The notes under the pieces: generated by a model | Databases searched by the model: none | What the model was told of the DNA's origin: nothing | Seen by the model: the letters and a program-made list of their open reading frames with translations, nothing else | Shown here: in pieces, positions 1 to 12,453 of the stretch | Layout of the letters: each line of letters starts with the position of its first letter | How positions within the stretch are numbered: position 1 is the first letter of the stretch | Program-made: the position numbers and the translations under genes | Assembly (NCBI RefSeq): GCF_963921235.1 | Contig: NC_086097.1 | Coordinates: forward strand, 31,374,001 to 31,438,000 | DNA length: 64,000 nt | Direction of reading: 5' to 3' | Source: Mobula hypostoma | Taxonomy: Eukaryota

Positions 1-235
1 TAATCTCAGAAATACTGATATGGTAGTTAGCACACAAATATCTTCTGTTCAAGATTCAGCTTGCTGTCTTTCACACCAAGACCATCTTTTATGCAGTAAA
101 TGCTCCAAATCATGAATAGTGAAACACATACATATTCAATCACACTGTAAATCTGAAATGCTCAAACACATATAATATGAGCACAAAACATTATAAAACA
201 AATCTTAAACGGATTTTCTGTATCCGTATTTACTC

Positions 236-478
236 GGGAGCCAATCAAGAACCTATCAATCTCTGCCTTAACTACACCCAACAACCTGGCCTCCACAGCT
301 GCATACAGTAACAAATTCCACAAATTCACCACCCTCTGGCTAGAGAAATTTCTCCGCATCTCTGTTTTAAATGAACGCCCCTCTATCCTGAGGCTGTTCC
401 CTCTTGTCCTAGACTCCACCACCACGGGAAACATCCTTTCCACATCTACTCTGTCTGGCCTTTCAACATTTGAAAGGT
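236..478 (-). mobile_element. CR1-type LINE 3' fragment
   Basis: Translates to ERMFPVVVESRTRGNSLRIEG..RRNFSSQRVVNLWN, the CR1 ORF2 C-terminus; homologous to 11390-11640. Confidence 0.85.
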
Positions 479-489
479 GTGAATAGCTA

Positions 490-615
490 ATTTCTGTGGA
501 CTGATGAAGTTAAAATAGAACTTGTTTTTTTAAACTTTATGCCTTTGGAAATCAGTGCATCTATTCACAGTAACAGAAATTTTGACCGGGGTGCCCAAAC
601 TTTTGCATGCCACTG
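490..615 (+). mobile_element. Internally deleted Tc1-like transposon remnant (right end)
   Basis: ctgtggactgatgaagttaaaatagaactt encodes LWTDEVKIEL (first catalytic D motif), followed by a Tc1-like terminus ..gtgcccaaacttttgcatgccactg and TA. Confidence 0.6.
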
Positions 616-627
616 TACATAAAACCT

Positions 628-1171
628 GAGACCTCACTTTGAGTACCATGTTCAGTTCTGGCCACGTCATTACAGGAAAGCTGTGGATGCTATAGAGAGA
701 GAGAGCAGAGAAGACTTACAAGGATGTTGCCTAAATTGGAGAGTATGCCTAATGAGGATAGGTTGAGTGACCTTGGCCTTTTCTCCCTGAAGTGACAGAG
801 GATGAGAGGTCACCTGGTAGAGGTGTATTAGATGACGAGAGGCACTATCGTGTGGATATCCAGGGGCATTTTCCCAGGGCTGAAATGGCTAACACAAGGG
901 GGCATAGTTTTAAGGTGCTTGGAGGTAGGTATGGGGGGGATGTCGAAGGTAAGTTTTTCATACAGTGGTGGGTATGTGGGCTGCACTGCCAGCAACAGTG
1001 GTAGAGGTGGATACAATAGGGTCTTTTAAGAGACGGTACATGGAGCTTAGAAAAATAAAGGTCTATGCAGTTGGGAAATTCTAGGCCGTTTCTAGAGTCG
1101 GATGCATGGTCGACACAGCATTATGGGCTGAAGGGCCTGTAATGTGCTGCAGATTTCTTTGTTGTATGTTC
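628..1171 (+). mobile_element. CR1-type LINE 3' fragment
   Basis: Degenerate RPH..VQFW and NTRGHSFKV motifs, plus a CR1-like 3' UTR and tail. Confidence 0.8.
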
Positions 1172-1189
1172 AAACATTTATATATTCAG

Positions 1190-1390
1190 TTCCTTAGAAT
1201 ATCTTCCCATAACTTTCCCACAACTGATGTCAGACTCACTGGCCTATAATTTCCTGATTTACGTTTAGAGCCATTTTTGAACAGCGGAACAGCATTGCCT
1301 ATCCTCCAATCCCCTGGTACTTCTCCTATCGCTAGGAATGACTTAAATGTCTCTGCTAGGGCCACGGCAATGTCTGCATTTGCCTCCCGT
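1190..1390 (-). mobile_element. CR1-type LINE RT-region fragment
   Basis: Minus strand encodes GNYRPVSLTSVVGK. Confidence 0.7.
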
Positions 1391-1459
1391 AGACTTGGGT
1401 AAGTTGTCCGGGTAAATTTCTGTTAAGTTTCCCTTTTTACTTACTATGTCAGGGGTACT

Positions 1460-1960
1460 TAGTCCAGTTTAAATGGCCATTGTGTGTTCTTCATGCTGGA
1501 TGCTGGAGTCCTGGGAGACCCAGAGTCTCGCAGGGAACTACATCTGTGTGAAGTGCATCCAGCTGCAGCTCATTGAAGTCCATGTTAGGGATGTGGAGCA
1601 GCAGCTGGATGGCCTTTGGCTTGCACAGAAGAGTGAGGAGATCATTGATTGCAGTTACAGGGAAGTAGTCATCCTTGAGTTGCAGGAGGCAGGTAGCTGG
1701 GTGAATGCCAAGAGAAGGAATGGGAAGGTGAATAGCAGTTAGTGCAGAGCACCCCTGTGGCCATTCCACTCAATCAGTATACTGTTTTGGATACTGTTGT
1801 GGGGGTTGACCTCCCAGGTGAATGCCACGGAGACCAGGTTACTGGCACTGAGCATAGGTCCGTGGTGCAGAAGTGAGAGATGGAGAAGAGAGGACTCAAT
1901 AGTCAAGAGGAACAGACAGGAGATCCTGTGGATGTGAACATGACACCCAGATGGTATGTG
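1460..1960 (+). mobile_element. CR1 ORF1 fragment (Cys-rich/coiled coil, start of esterase region)
   Basis: ORF 1473-1742 (CSSCWM..YICVKCIQLQL..VRDVEQQLD), followed by PVAIPL and a degenerate DSIV motif. Confidence 0.65.
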
Positions 1961-2034
1961 TCCATATTTTGTCTTTGGCTTGGTTTTAATTGCATTATAA
2001 CATGAGTCAACCATGCTGAAAGTCAGGTTTGGTG

Positions 2035-2525
2035 ATAGAACATACAACACAACAGCATTGTACATGCTTTTTGGCCTACAATGTTGTGCCTACCTTTTAA
2101 CCTACTCCAATATCAACCTAACCCTTCCCTCCTACATCGCCCTCGAATTTTCTATCATCCATGTGCCTATCTAAGAGTCCCTTAAATATTCCTGATGTAT
2201 CCGCCTCTACCACCACCCAAGGCAGTAAGTTCCATTCACCTACCACTCTGGCTGTCCATTCCAGCTATGCCTCTTGTCTTGTACACCTCTGTTAAGTTAT
2301 CTCTCATCCTCCTTCGCTCCAAAGAGAAAAGCCCTAGCTCACTCAGCCTATTTCTCATAAAACATGCTCTCTAATCCAGGCAGCAGCCTGGTAAATCTTC
2401 TCTGCACCCCCTCTAAAGGTTCCACATTCTTCTTATCATGAGGCGGCCACAGCTAAACACAATACTCCAAGTGTGGTCTAACCAGTTTTATGGAGCTGCA
2501 TCACTACCTCGTGGCATTTGAATTC
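2035..2525 (-). mobile_element. CR1-type LINE 3' fragment
   Basis: Contains aatactccaagtgtggtctaacc (RPHLEY on minus strand) and a CR1 3' UTR. Confidence 0.75.
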
Positions 2526-2648
2526 TGACTGAACACAGCTGTAACTACAGAGGCTTTGTCTTCAGTATTCACACTTTGGACCCCACCATAGTCAAGGAGA
2601 CAGATACATTTGGAGTTATATACATTCAGACTGACAATGTCCTTACAT

Positions 2649-3796
2649 CAGCGGTCCCCAACCACCGGGCCGCAAAGCATGCGCTACCGGGCCGTGAGGA
2701 AACGATATGATTTGGCGATAGGGGTTAGCTACATCTTTCCTCATTCCTTGTCATGCCCACTGTTGAGCCATTACGCATGTGAGGTCATTACCCGCGTGTC
2801 ATCCATGTCAGCACGGGAAGAAGATCAACTCCTCGAGCTTGCAAATGACGGCGGGCTGACAAGTATGTTTGACATAACATCTCTTCCGGCATTCTGGGTC
2901 AAAGTCAAGGCTAAATATCCTGAGATAGCCAGGAAAGCACTGAAAACGTTGCTTCCATTTCCAACATATCTCTGCAATGAATGCAATGAAAACTAAATTG
3001 GGATAGACTGGACATAAGGAACCCCCTTCGAGTATCGCTGTCTCCCATCACCCCTCGATAGGACCGTCTTGTTGCAGGGAAACAAGCCCAGGGCTCCCAC
3101 TGATTCAGCGATATTGGTGCATTGCAATGATATTATATGTTCATATGGGGAAAATATGTTCTGTGTGTTTAATATCTAAACGTTACTTAAAATGTTATGA
3201 TGCTATTGACTTACTTATATAACCATGTAACAATTACAGCACGGAAACAGGCCATCTCTGCCCTTCTAGTCCGTGCCGAACGCTACTCTCACCTAGTCCC
3301 ACCGACCTGCACTCAGCCCATAACCTCCATTCCTTTCCTGTCCATATGCCTATCCAATTATTCTTTAAATGATAATATCGAACCTGCTTCTACCACTACT
3401 ACTGAAAGTTCGTTCAACACTTACTTCAAGCTCCCCTGTCCTCCCCTGATAATTGACTTATCACTATTTTCAAACGAGGAAAATATGCACTGTGTGTTTA
3501 ATATTAAATTCGCTAGAGAAACCCTTTTAGAAACGAAATTGAGTGTATTAGCCACTTATCACATATATTCCAGTCGTGATTAACATCCCCCCCCGCCAAC
3601 AGAATCGCCAAAAATGATTTTCAGAAAAAAAAGACACGTACATGCATGCGCACTGGTGCCCGCGCAAGGCTTCATGGTCATTGTAGTCCCTCGGGGTAAA
3701 CACAACGTATTTGACTGCTACTCTTGTCCGTTGGCAACCCTACCCCAACCCCCCGGGTTGGCCGGTCCGCAGTGCAAAAAAGGTTGGGGACCCCTG
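2649..3796 (+). mobile_element. Non-autonomous hAT (Charlie/Buster-like) DNA transposon
   Basis: TIRs cagcggtccccaacc / ggttggggacccctg; perfect 8-bp TSD ccttacat (2641-2648, 3797-3804); transposase dimerization-domain remnant QLLELANDGGL..FWVKVKAKYPEIARKALKTLLPFPTYLC; nested CR1-like 3' fragment at about 3220-3420. Confidence 0.92.
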
Positions 3797-4999
3797 CCTT
3801 ACATGACCCACTGGTCATGAGATTATTCATGTCATAGACTCAGAGTGATACAATATGGAAACTCTTCAGCCCATCTCATTCATGCCAGCCTTTTTGCCCA
3901 GTTGCATTATGTTTCAGCTGTACAGCTTGCACATTGCTATTTTATCTCAGTTTTTGTCATACCTTTTTTATAAGCATACAATAAATAGCAGGACCTTAAG
4001 GAACAGTGATGTACAAAGAGATCTCGGGATACAAGTCCAGAGCTCTCTGAAGATTTTTATTCTACACCTCTCAATCTCATACTTCAACACCTCTCCATTC
4101 CTGCGCTACAAGAAAGACAATCCATCCTATCCAATCTTTCCCCATAACTAGAGCCTACCACTCCAGGGAACAACCTGATGAATCTCCTCTGCTCTCTCTC
4201 CAAAGCAATTACATCCTTCCCATTGTGGGAAAAGTCATTTATAGTTATTATACAAAAGTTCTGTGCCACATGTGGGTCCTGACATCACTCCAGAGAATTG
4301 TCAATGCTCATAATGTGCATCAGAAGAATGAAGATGACACGTTTTATTCCCTTGTCAGTTTTCTACTGGCAGATGGCTCCACCTCACAGCCAACGCTGCC
4401 AAACAAACACAAAAGAACATAATTGGCAAGATTTATCAAGTGACACTTTGCAAGCGTTAACCTCCTTTCAGATACTCAAGGATTTGGCCATTTACGGCCT
4501 GAATTTTCTATTTATAAATGGAAATAAGTTGATCAGAAACAAAACAAAATAGGAGACAACCACGTCGATCAGTACTGCTGATAATGCAGGAACTTGAGGG
4601 CCACGGAACTGACCACTGGCAAAAACAAATCAAATTCACCATTGTCCTCACAGGACATAAAACATTACAGCACAGTACAGGCCCTTCAGCTCACTCCAAG
4701 ATCACTCCAACCTTACCCTCCTACATAACCCTCCATTTTTCTTTCATCTATGTGCCTGAGAGTCCTTTAATTTGCCCTAATGTATCTGCCTCTACCACCA
4801 CCCTTAGCATCACATTCCACATACCCTCCATTCTATCTGTAATAAAACTTCATTGCTGAGGTTTTACTGGAGTCTGTGGAATCATATGTAGTTGCCACCA
4901 CCTGTGTCAATCAGTCTCCACCCTTTCACAAACACCACCAATTTTTAACGTTCCCCCTGATCTCTGCTGCTTTCAGTCTCTTCGACCATGTGCTCAATA

Positions 5000-5215
5000 C
5001 CTACCAGTTTATACCCCTACTCCTACCCCTACCCCTACCCCTGCCCACCTTCTCATTCTGGCTTCTCCCCCTTTCTTTTAGTCCTAATGAAGGGTATTGG
5101 CCTGAAATGTCGACTGTTTATTCCTCTCCGTAGCTGCTGCCTGACCTGCTGAGATCTGCCAGCATTTTGTGTGTGTTGCTCTAGATTTCCAGCATCTAAA
5201 GAATTTCTTGTGTTT
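5000..5215 (+). mobile_element. Old Penelope-type pseudo-LTR fragment with decayed hammerhead (5080-5116)
   Basis: agtcctaatgaagggtattggcctgaaatgtcgactg, followed by the pLTR 3' sequence shared with young copies. Confidence 0.7.
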
Positions 5216-6648
5216 ATTACTTTAAATGGGATATAAATGTAAAGCTTGTTTTTACACAGAGAGTGGTTGATATCTGGAATGTGCTGCTTGCCATGGTGGA
5301 ATCAGATACAATGATAATAGTTAAGCGGCAGCAAACTCACCTAATGTGGGAGGGACAGTACAATGTGCTATCAGACTGAAGAAGTGCCGGAGGAGTGGGC
5401 ACTGTGTCGGGGGCAGGGAGCGTGCCGAGGGGGTGCTGCACTCTTCATTCGGTAGCGCTTTACTCCTTTGGTCATGGTTACCCTGTTGTTTTCAGAGCAT
5501 GCAGATGTGGAGGTGCTACATTTCCCATGTGGTAAAAGCCACGACACTATTTCCATAGACATCCTGACCCATAGCAAGTGTTAATCCCATTGTAAATGCT
5601 CTGGGGAGTCAAACCAAGCCCATCATTCATTGGAGTGGACACACAATTGACACTCAACTTTACAAGTTATTCCACTCCTGCAGACAAGGCCTGTGGCTAC
5701 TGGAGAGAACTATGATTAAAATTGCCTTACTGCAGTACCAATTCCTTGAACAATAAATTGCTTTAGGAAGTTCTACCATCCACTGAGTTCAGCAGGGATG
5801 ATCCGCATTTCAATTTCATTTAATTTTCTGTTCTACCTTCTCCATAAAATTAATTTCTCCCCTTACCGATCAAGCTCAGTTTTAATGGTTTGATTGACCT
5901 CAATCCCTATAACCTGTAGGGAGAATAAGTTCCAAATTTCACCTATGCTTTGATTGAGAAAACTGACAGGTGCTAGTAAATTGTAAGCGAGGACATGCCC
6001 TGTTCACCTCAATATCACCAGGAGCCTGTACATTTCCCCCGTCATCAAATTTCTGAATGGCCCATGAACACCTGTTTTTGTAGCTTATTGTACTCTTAAT
6101 GTACTACTGCCACAAAACAACAAATTTCATGACATATGTCAGTGATAATAAACCTTATTCTGATCAACATGATAGATCTGCAAAATGGAAAAATCTGAAA
6201 CAGCCATCAATTCAGAATACATAAAGAGCTGTCAGTTCAAGTAATGTTGCTGCATGAAACCAGAAAGATATGGAATACACTGAAGAATATGCAAACTATT
6301 TTAAAGCTCATTGTGCTGTACAAAACTGGGTTCACTGTTCATCGCTGCAGTACAGAGCCCGTATTAACAATCCTGCAGCACAGATCAGCATCTCTTTTAA
6401 ATCCAGGAATCTTGTTAGTCTGAGAACGAGGGTGGGAAGGAGCCTGCAGGCGGCAGACAGAGTGAAGGGCACCAGCCAGGCTGGTGAAGTAACTCCAGGG
6501 CACCACAATCAGCACAACAATTAACAACCCAAATCTCCTGAAACCTCCAGTGAGCTGTTCCGGAACAAATGAGCAGGCAGAGACACATATCAGCTTACAA
6601 GTAGGCTGCCTTCTACTAACTTAGAGTTCAACACTGTTTTTGATTTAC

Positions 6649-6729
6649 CATTCTGTAAAGATTGTGTGCGCGATTCTTTCCCAAGGTTGGTGTGAAATCC
6701 TGATCCCAATGATGGAGCTTTCCCAGGAC
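6649..6729 (-). other. Candidate 81-nt spliced exon of an unidentified host gene
   Basis: Minus strand shows branch point CTGAC (6756-6752), a T-rich tract ending gcatttcAG, an 81-nt exon and donor ATG|GTAAAT; lies in non-repetitive sequence; all three frames open. Confidence 0.5.
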
Positions 6730-7204
6730 CTGAAATGCAAAAAAAATAAAAGTCAGTTATCAAAACCTACCACACCATTTTTAAATCCACACAAATCAAT
6801 ATACTACTTGCCACATTAGCCTACTTAGGCTGTATAGGAAGCTTGACAGTAGAAAACAAAGGGTAGCAATGGGAGTGCACAAAAAAGGATGGATGCTGAA
6901 ACATGGGAAAATATGAATGTACAGAGAATGGAGAGTTATGGACATTGTGTCAGCAGAAGGGACTAATTTAATTCGGTATTTAATTACTAATTTAGTTAGT
7001 TTGGCACAACAGTGTGGGCCAAGAAGCCTGCTCCTCTGCTGTACTGTTCTATATATGTTCTATGTGGCGCCAAGAATCGTTGACTTCCACCCCCAACAGC
7101 AATGATGTAAGCAGCTATACTCACTGGAGTTGAGAAGAATGGGGGGGGGGGGGGGAGGAATTCAATGAAACTTATCAAATAGATAGAGCTAGATAGAGCT
7201 TTTT

Positions 7205-9045
7205 TGAAAATTATTCATTTACCGGAAGTGGGCGTCGCCAGCTAAGCCAGCATTTATTGCCCATCCCTAGTTGCCCTTGAGAAGGTGGTGATGAGCTGCC
7301 TTCTTGAACCACTGCAGTCCCTGAGGTGTAGGTACACCCACAGTGATGTTAGGGAGGGAATTCCATGATTTTGACCCTGCGACAATAAAGGAACAGTGAT
7401 ATGTTTCTAAGTCAGGATGGTGAGTGACTTGGAGGGGGATTTCCAAATGGTGTTCCCAGGTATCTGCTGTTCTCGATTGTAGTGGTCATGGGTCTGGAAG
7501 GTGCTGCCTTAGGAACGTTGGCGTGTTGTTGCAGTGCATCTTGTAGATGGTATACACTGCTGCAACTGTTTGTCGATGGTGGAGGGATTAGATGCTTGTG
7601 GAAGGGGTACCAATCAAGTGGGCTGCCTTGTACTGGATGGTGTCAAGCATTTTTAGTGTTGATGAAGCTGCGCTCATCCAGGCGAGTGGCAAGTATTCCA
7701 TTACACTCCTGACTTGAGCCTTGTAGATGGTGAAGAGGCTTTGGAAAGTCAGGAGGTAAGTTACACAGGATTCCTCGCCTTTGACCGGCTCTGTTAGCCA
7801 CGGTGTTTACATGGCTAGCCCAGTTCAGTATCCTGTCAACAATAACCCCCAGGATGTTGATAATAGGGGATTCAGTGATGGTGATGCCACTGAATGTCAA
7901 GCCTCTCTTGTTGGAGATGGACATTGCCTGGCACTTGTGTGGCTCGAACGTTACTTGCCACTTTTCCAGCTCCTGCTGCATTTGGGTATGAATTGCTTTT
8001 CTATTTGAGGAGTCACGAATGGTGCAGAACATTGTGCAGTCATCTGCAGACATCCCCACTTCTGACCTTATGACACAAGGAAGGTCATTGATGAAGCAGT
8101 TGAAGATGGTTGGTCCTAGGACACTTCCCTGAGGAACTCCTGCAGTGGTGTCCTGAGGATGTGATGATTGACCTCTGACCACCATAGCCATCTTCCTTTG
8201 TGTTAGGAATGATTCCAACTAGTGGAGGGTTCTTCCCCCCGCCCCACCCCAATTCCTATTGACTCCATTTTAGCCAGGGCATCTTGACGCCATACTCTGT
8301 CAAATGCTGCCTTTGATATAGAGAGCTATCACTCTCATCTCTGGTATTTAGCTCTTTGGCCCATGTTTGGACCAAGGAGGTGATGAGGTCAGGTGGTGAG
8401 GGTTCTTGATGGAACTCAAACTGGGCATCCGTAAGCAGGTTATTGTCCAGAAGGTGCTGCATGATAGCACAGTTGGTGACCCCTTCCATTACTTTACTGA
8501 TAATTGAGAGTAGACTGATAGGGCGGTAATTGGCTGGGTTGGACTTAATCCTGTTTCTTGTGCACAAGACATACCTGGGTAATTTTCCACATTGCCAGGT
8601 AGATGCTGGTGTTGTAGCTGTACTGGAACAGCTTGGCTAGTGGTTTGGGCCCATAGCCTTTGCAGTATCCAGTTCTTTCAGTTATTTCTTGGTATCACAT
8701 GGAGTGAATCGGATTGGCTGCACACTGACATCTGGGATGCTGGGAACTTCTGGAGGAGGATGAGCTGGATCATCTACTCAGCACTTCTGACTGCAGATGG
8801 TAGCAAATGCCTCAGTCTCATCTTTTGCACAGGTGTACTGGGCTCCTCTATCATTGAGGATGGCGATATTTGTGGAGCTTCCTCCTCCCAGTGACTTGTT
8901 TGATTGTCCACAACCATTCACAGTTGGATGTGGCAGGACTACGGAGCTTAGATCTGATCCGTTGGTTGTGGGAACACTTAGCTCTGCCTATTACTTGCTG
9001 CTTATGGTGTTTGGCATACAAGTAGTCCTGTATCGTGGCTTCACC
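7205..9045 (-). mobile_element. CR1/L2-clade LINE, 5'-truncated and degenerate (second family)
   Basis: KSNPANYRPISLLSIISKVMEG (8256-8567) and AGVPQGSVLGPTIFNCFINDL..SADD (7643-8218) RT motifs, plus 3' UTR. Confidence 0.88.
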
Positions 9046-9385
9046 AGAGTGGACGTGGAGAGGATGTGTCCAATTTTGGGGGAAGTCTAGGACCAGAGGG
9101 CACAGCCTCAGAATAAAAGGACATCCCTCTACAATAGAGAGAAGGAAGAATTTTTTTAGCCAGAAGGTGATGAATCTGTAGAATTTATTGCCACAGACAC
9201 TGGTGAAATCATTGGGTATACTTAAAGCGGAAGTTGATAAATTCTTGATTCATCAGGGCACCACAAGTTACGGGAAGAAGGCAGGAGAATGGGTCTGCTA
9301 TTCGATCATCACTGCCACGATCATATAAACGGCAGAGATGACTCGATGGGCAAATGGCCTAATTCTGCTCCTATGTCTTATGGCT
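9046..9385 (+). mobile_element. CR1-type LINE 3' end
   Basis: RVDVERM..SRTRGHSLRIKG and 3' terminus ggcctaattctgctcctatgtcttatgg. Confidence 0.8.
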
Positions 9386-10934
9386 TCAAACCCCACACCT
9401 GCATTTGGCAGCACAGTTCTCCCAAACTGAGAGATGTTGATAAAGAGATGGAGGACAAATTTCCATCCCAAGCAGCAGTGCAGGACATAGCCCTGAGAGC
9501 CGCATTTCAGTGATGACTGATCTGCCCATACAGGCAATCTCCCCACACCACACTGTGGATGGTTCACCTTCATGGAGTGCCTAAGGAGGGCAAACATTTG
9601 CACCCAGATTCCCCAGACAGCAGCAGCACAGAGGACATCCAGGTTCCAGGAACAACAACACACAACCCCAACAGATAGCTTTTTATCCAGTGCAAGGAGG
9701 ACAAACCTTTGAATGTTCAACTGAAGGATGAGTGAATCAGCACTCTAGGATAGCTCTGGGCAGTATTCAATTACAGTGAATAGTTATGACCCCAGTACAA
9801 AAACTTGCAGAACCCCTCTAGTCATCCAGCCTATCAATGTACTGCCCATTAATTCTGCATCCTGCCTCAACCAACTTCCAAAAGCTCAATCAATCTGACC
9901 TCAATTCTATATGCTCTACCTCCAGCTCTGGGTCTGTCATGAAAATCGATAGCTAATACCTTCTGGAAATCCATGAAGAGCCTGAGTTATGCAGCACAGA
10001 AACAAGCCCTTGCGCTCAACTTGTCTATGCCAACCCATTTGCCTAGCCAAGCTAGTCTCATTTGCCTGTGTTTGGCCCATATTCCACTAAACCTTTTTGT
10101 TTGTTTATTTAGCGATGCATTACAGAACAGGCCCCACCCAGCAACCCACCTATTTAACTCTAGCCTCATCACAGGACAATTTACAATGACCCGTGTTGGA
10201 GGAAATCAGAGAACCCCGTGGAAACCCATGTGGTCATGGGGAAGATGTACAAACTCATAGAGAGGATGCCAGAATAGAACTCAAAACTGCAAACTCTGAC
10301 ATCCTGAGCTGTAATCATGTCGTGCTAGCCACTATGCTACCATGGCACCTTTCTTATCCATAGACTGGTCCAATTGTTGAAACTGTACCTGCCTCTACCA
10401 GTTCCTCTGGCACCTTATTCCATATACCCACAATCCTCTGTGGAAAAAGTCATCTCTCACCCCCTGTTAACCATTTCCCTTTCACCTTAAGCTAAGAATA
10501 CAAATATCAGAATCAGAATTAGGGTTATACAACAGGCAAACAGGCCTCTCTGGCTATCTGGTCCATGCCAACCAAGATGCCCATCCAAGTTAGTCCCATT
10601 TGCCAGCACTTGACCCTCATCTCTCAAAACATTTCCTATCCCTATACCTTTTATTGAACCTGCTTCGACCACTTCCTCTGGCAGCTTGTTCAACACACCC
10701 ATCACCGTTGAGTGAAAAAGTTGCCCCTGAGGCCCCCTTCAAATCTTTCCCCCTCATACTCTAAATACATTTAACAACTTATACCAGTTATATTAAACCT
10801 GATTCTGATTGTATGCCCCCTAGTTTTGGTCTCCCCTAACTTGGGGAAAAGACTTATCATCCACTTTATCATTGTCCATCACAATTTTAAGCACCCTTAA
10901 ATACATTTTTGGGTACTCTACATAAACATCAACC

Positions 10935-11195
10935 CAGCTGGTGGCATAGTGGCATCAGTGCCAGACTTTGGGACGAAAGGTCCCAAGTTCGAATCCAGCC
11001 AGCTGGCTCCCCTGCACGCTTTCCATCCGTGCTGGGTTACGTGTCGGTGATCTCTTTGGAAACTCACCCAGCAGAAGGCAATGGCAAACCACTGCTGTAA
11101 CTTGCCTCGTATGCAGTTCCCCACTACATCAGAGAGGCGTGGAGGGAAATCGTCCACTAACCAGAGAAACTCTGGATGCGACGTACCTTTCCTTT
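10935..11195 (+). mobile_element. tRNA-derived SINE with RTE-like tail
   Basis: A box tggcatagtgg, B box gttcgaatcc; tail gaaggcaatggcaaaccact; a second partial copy lies on the minus strand at about 13470-13582. Confidence 0.7.
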
Positions 11196-11276
11196 ATATA
11201 GACATATCAATATTTAAATATACAGACTCTACAGCTGGAGTAGACATTAACTAGAGGCCATAAAATATATAGAATA

Positions 11277-12226
11277 TAGAAACATAGAAACATAGAAACA
11301 TAGAAACATAGAAAATAGGTGCAGGAGTAGGCCATTCGGCCCTTCGAGCCTGCACCGCCATTTATTATGATCATGGCTGATCATCCAACTCAGAACCCAG
11401 CCTTCCCTCCATACCCCCTGACCCCTGTAGCCACAAGGGCCATATCTAACTTCCTTTTAAACATAGCTAATGAACTGGCCTCAACAGTTTGCTGTGGCAG
11501 AGAATTCCACAGATTCACCACTCTCTGTGTGAAGAAGTTTTTCCTAACCTCGGTCCTAAAAGGCTTCCCCTCTATCCTCAAACTGTGACCCCTCGTTCTA
11601 GACCTCCCCAACATCGGGAACAATCTTCCTGCATCTAGCCTGTCCAATCCCTTTAGGATCTTATACGTTTCAATCAGATCCCCCCTCAATCTTCTAAATT
11701 CCAACGAGTACAAGCCCAGTTCATCCAGTCTTTCTTCATATGAAAGACCTGCCATCCCAGGAATCAATCTGGTGAACCTTCTTTGTACTCCCTCTATGGC
11801 AAAGATGTCTTTCCTCAGATTAGGGGACCAAAACTGCACACAATACTCCAGGTGTGGTCTCACCAAGGCCTTGTACAACTGCAGTAGTACCTCCCTGCTC
11901 CTGTACTCGAATCCTCTCGCTATAAATGCCAGCATACCGTTCGCCTTTTTCACCGCCTGCTGTACCTGCATGCCCACTTTCAATGACTGGTGTATAATGA
12001 CACCCAGGTCTCGTTGCACCTCCCCTTTTCCTAATCGGCCACCATTCAGATAATAATCTGTTTTCCTATTTTTGCCACCAAAGTGGATAACTTCACATTT
12101 ATCCACATTAAATTGCATCTGCCATGAGTTTGCCCACTCACCCAACCTATCCAAGTCACCCTGCATCCTCTTAGCATCCTCCTCACTGCTAACACTGCCA
12201 CCCAGCTTCGTGTCATCCGCAAACTT
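11277..12226 (-). mobile_element. Young 5'-truncated CR1 LINE (RT C-terminal half, uninterrupted ORF 11390-12166)
   Basis: KFADDTKLGG..QGDLDRLGEWANSWQMQFNVDKC..RPHLEYCVQFWSP..TRGHSLRI; 3' tail of (catagaaa)n repeats at about 11277-11315. Confidence 0.95.
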
Positions 12227-12338
12227 ATGTAAGAAAATATGTAAGAAAAATTTGAGGAGTGCTCCCAGTTAGATATAGTCATCACTTCGAAAGAAAATCC
12301 CAAGTTTTCTCGGGCATAGGAATCCAACAGATCCACAA

Positions 12339-12453
12339 GAACACACAAAATGCTGGAGGAACTCAACAGGTCAGGCAGCATCTATGGAGGGAAATTGTTC
12401 TTGTTTTGTGTTGCTCCAGATTTACAGCATCTGCAGTCTTTTGTGTCTCCATA
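12339..12453. mobile_element. Tiny inverted Penelope pLTR-derived insertion
   Basis: Two pLTR-end pieces in opposite orientation, flanked by 13-bp direct repeat aacagatccacaa (12326-12338, 12454-12466). Confidence 0.65.

Noticed and set aside
5014..5043. Telomere-like repeat
   Set aside because: Unit is CCCCTA rather than CCCTAA, with few copies, inside a pyrimidine-rich pLTR region
5866..5913. Minus-strand AG...GTAAGG mini-exon
   Set aside because: Overlaps sequence resembling a degenerate CR1 3' end
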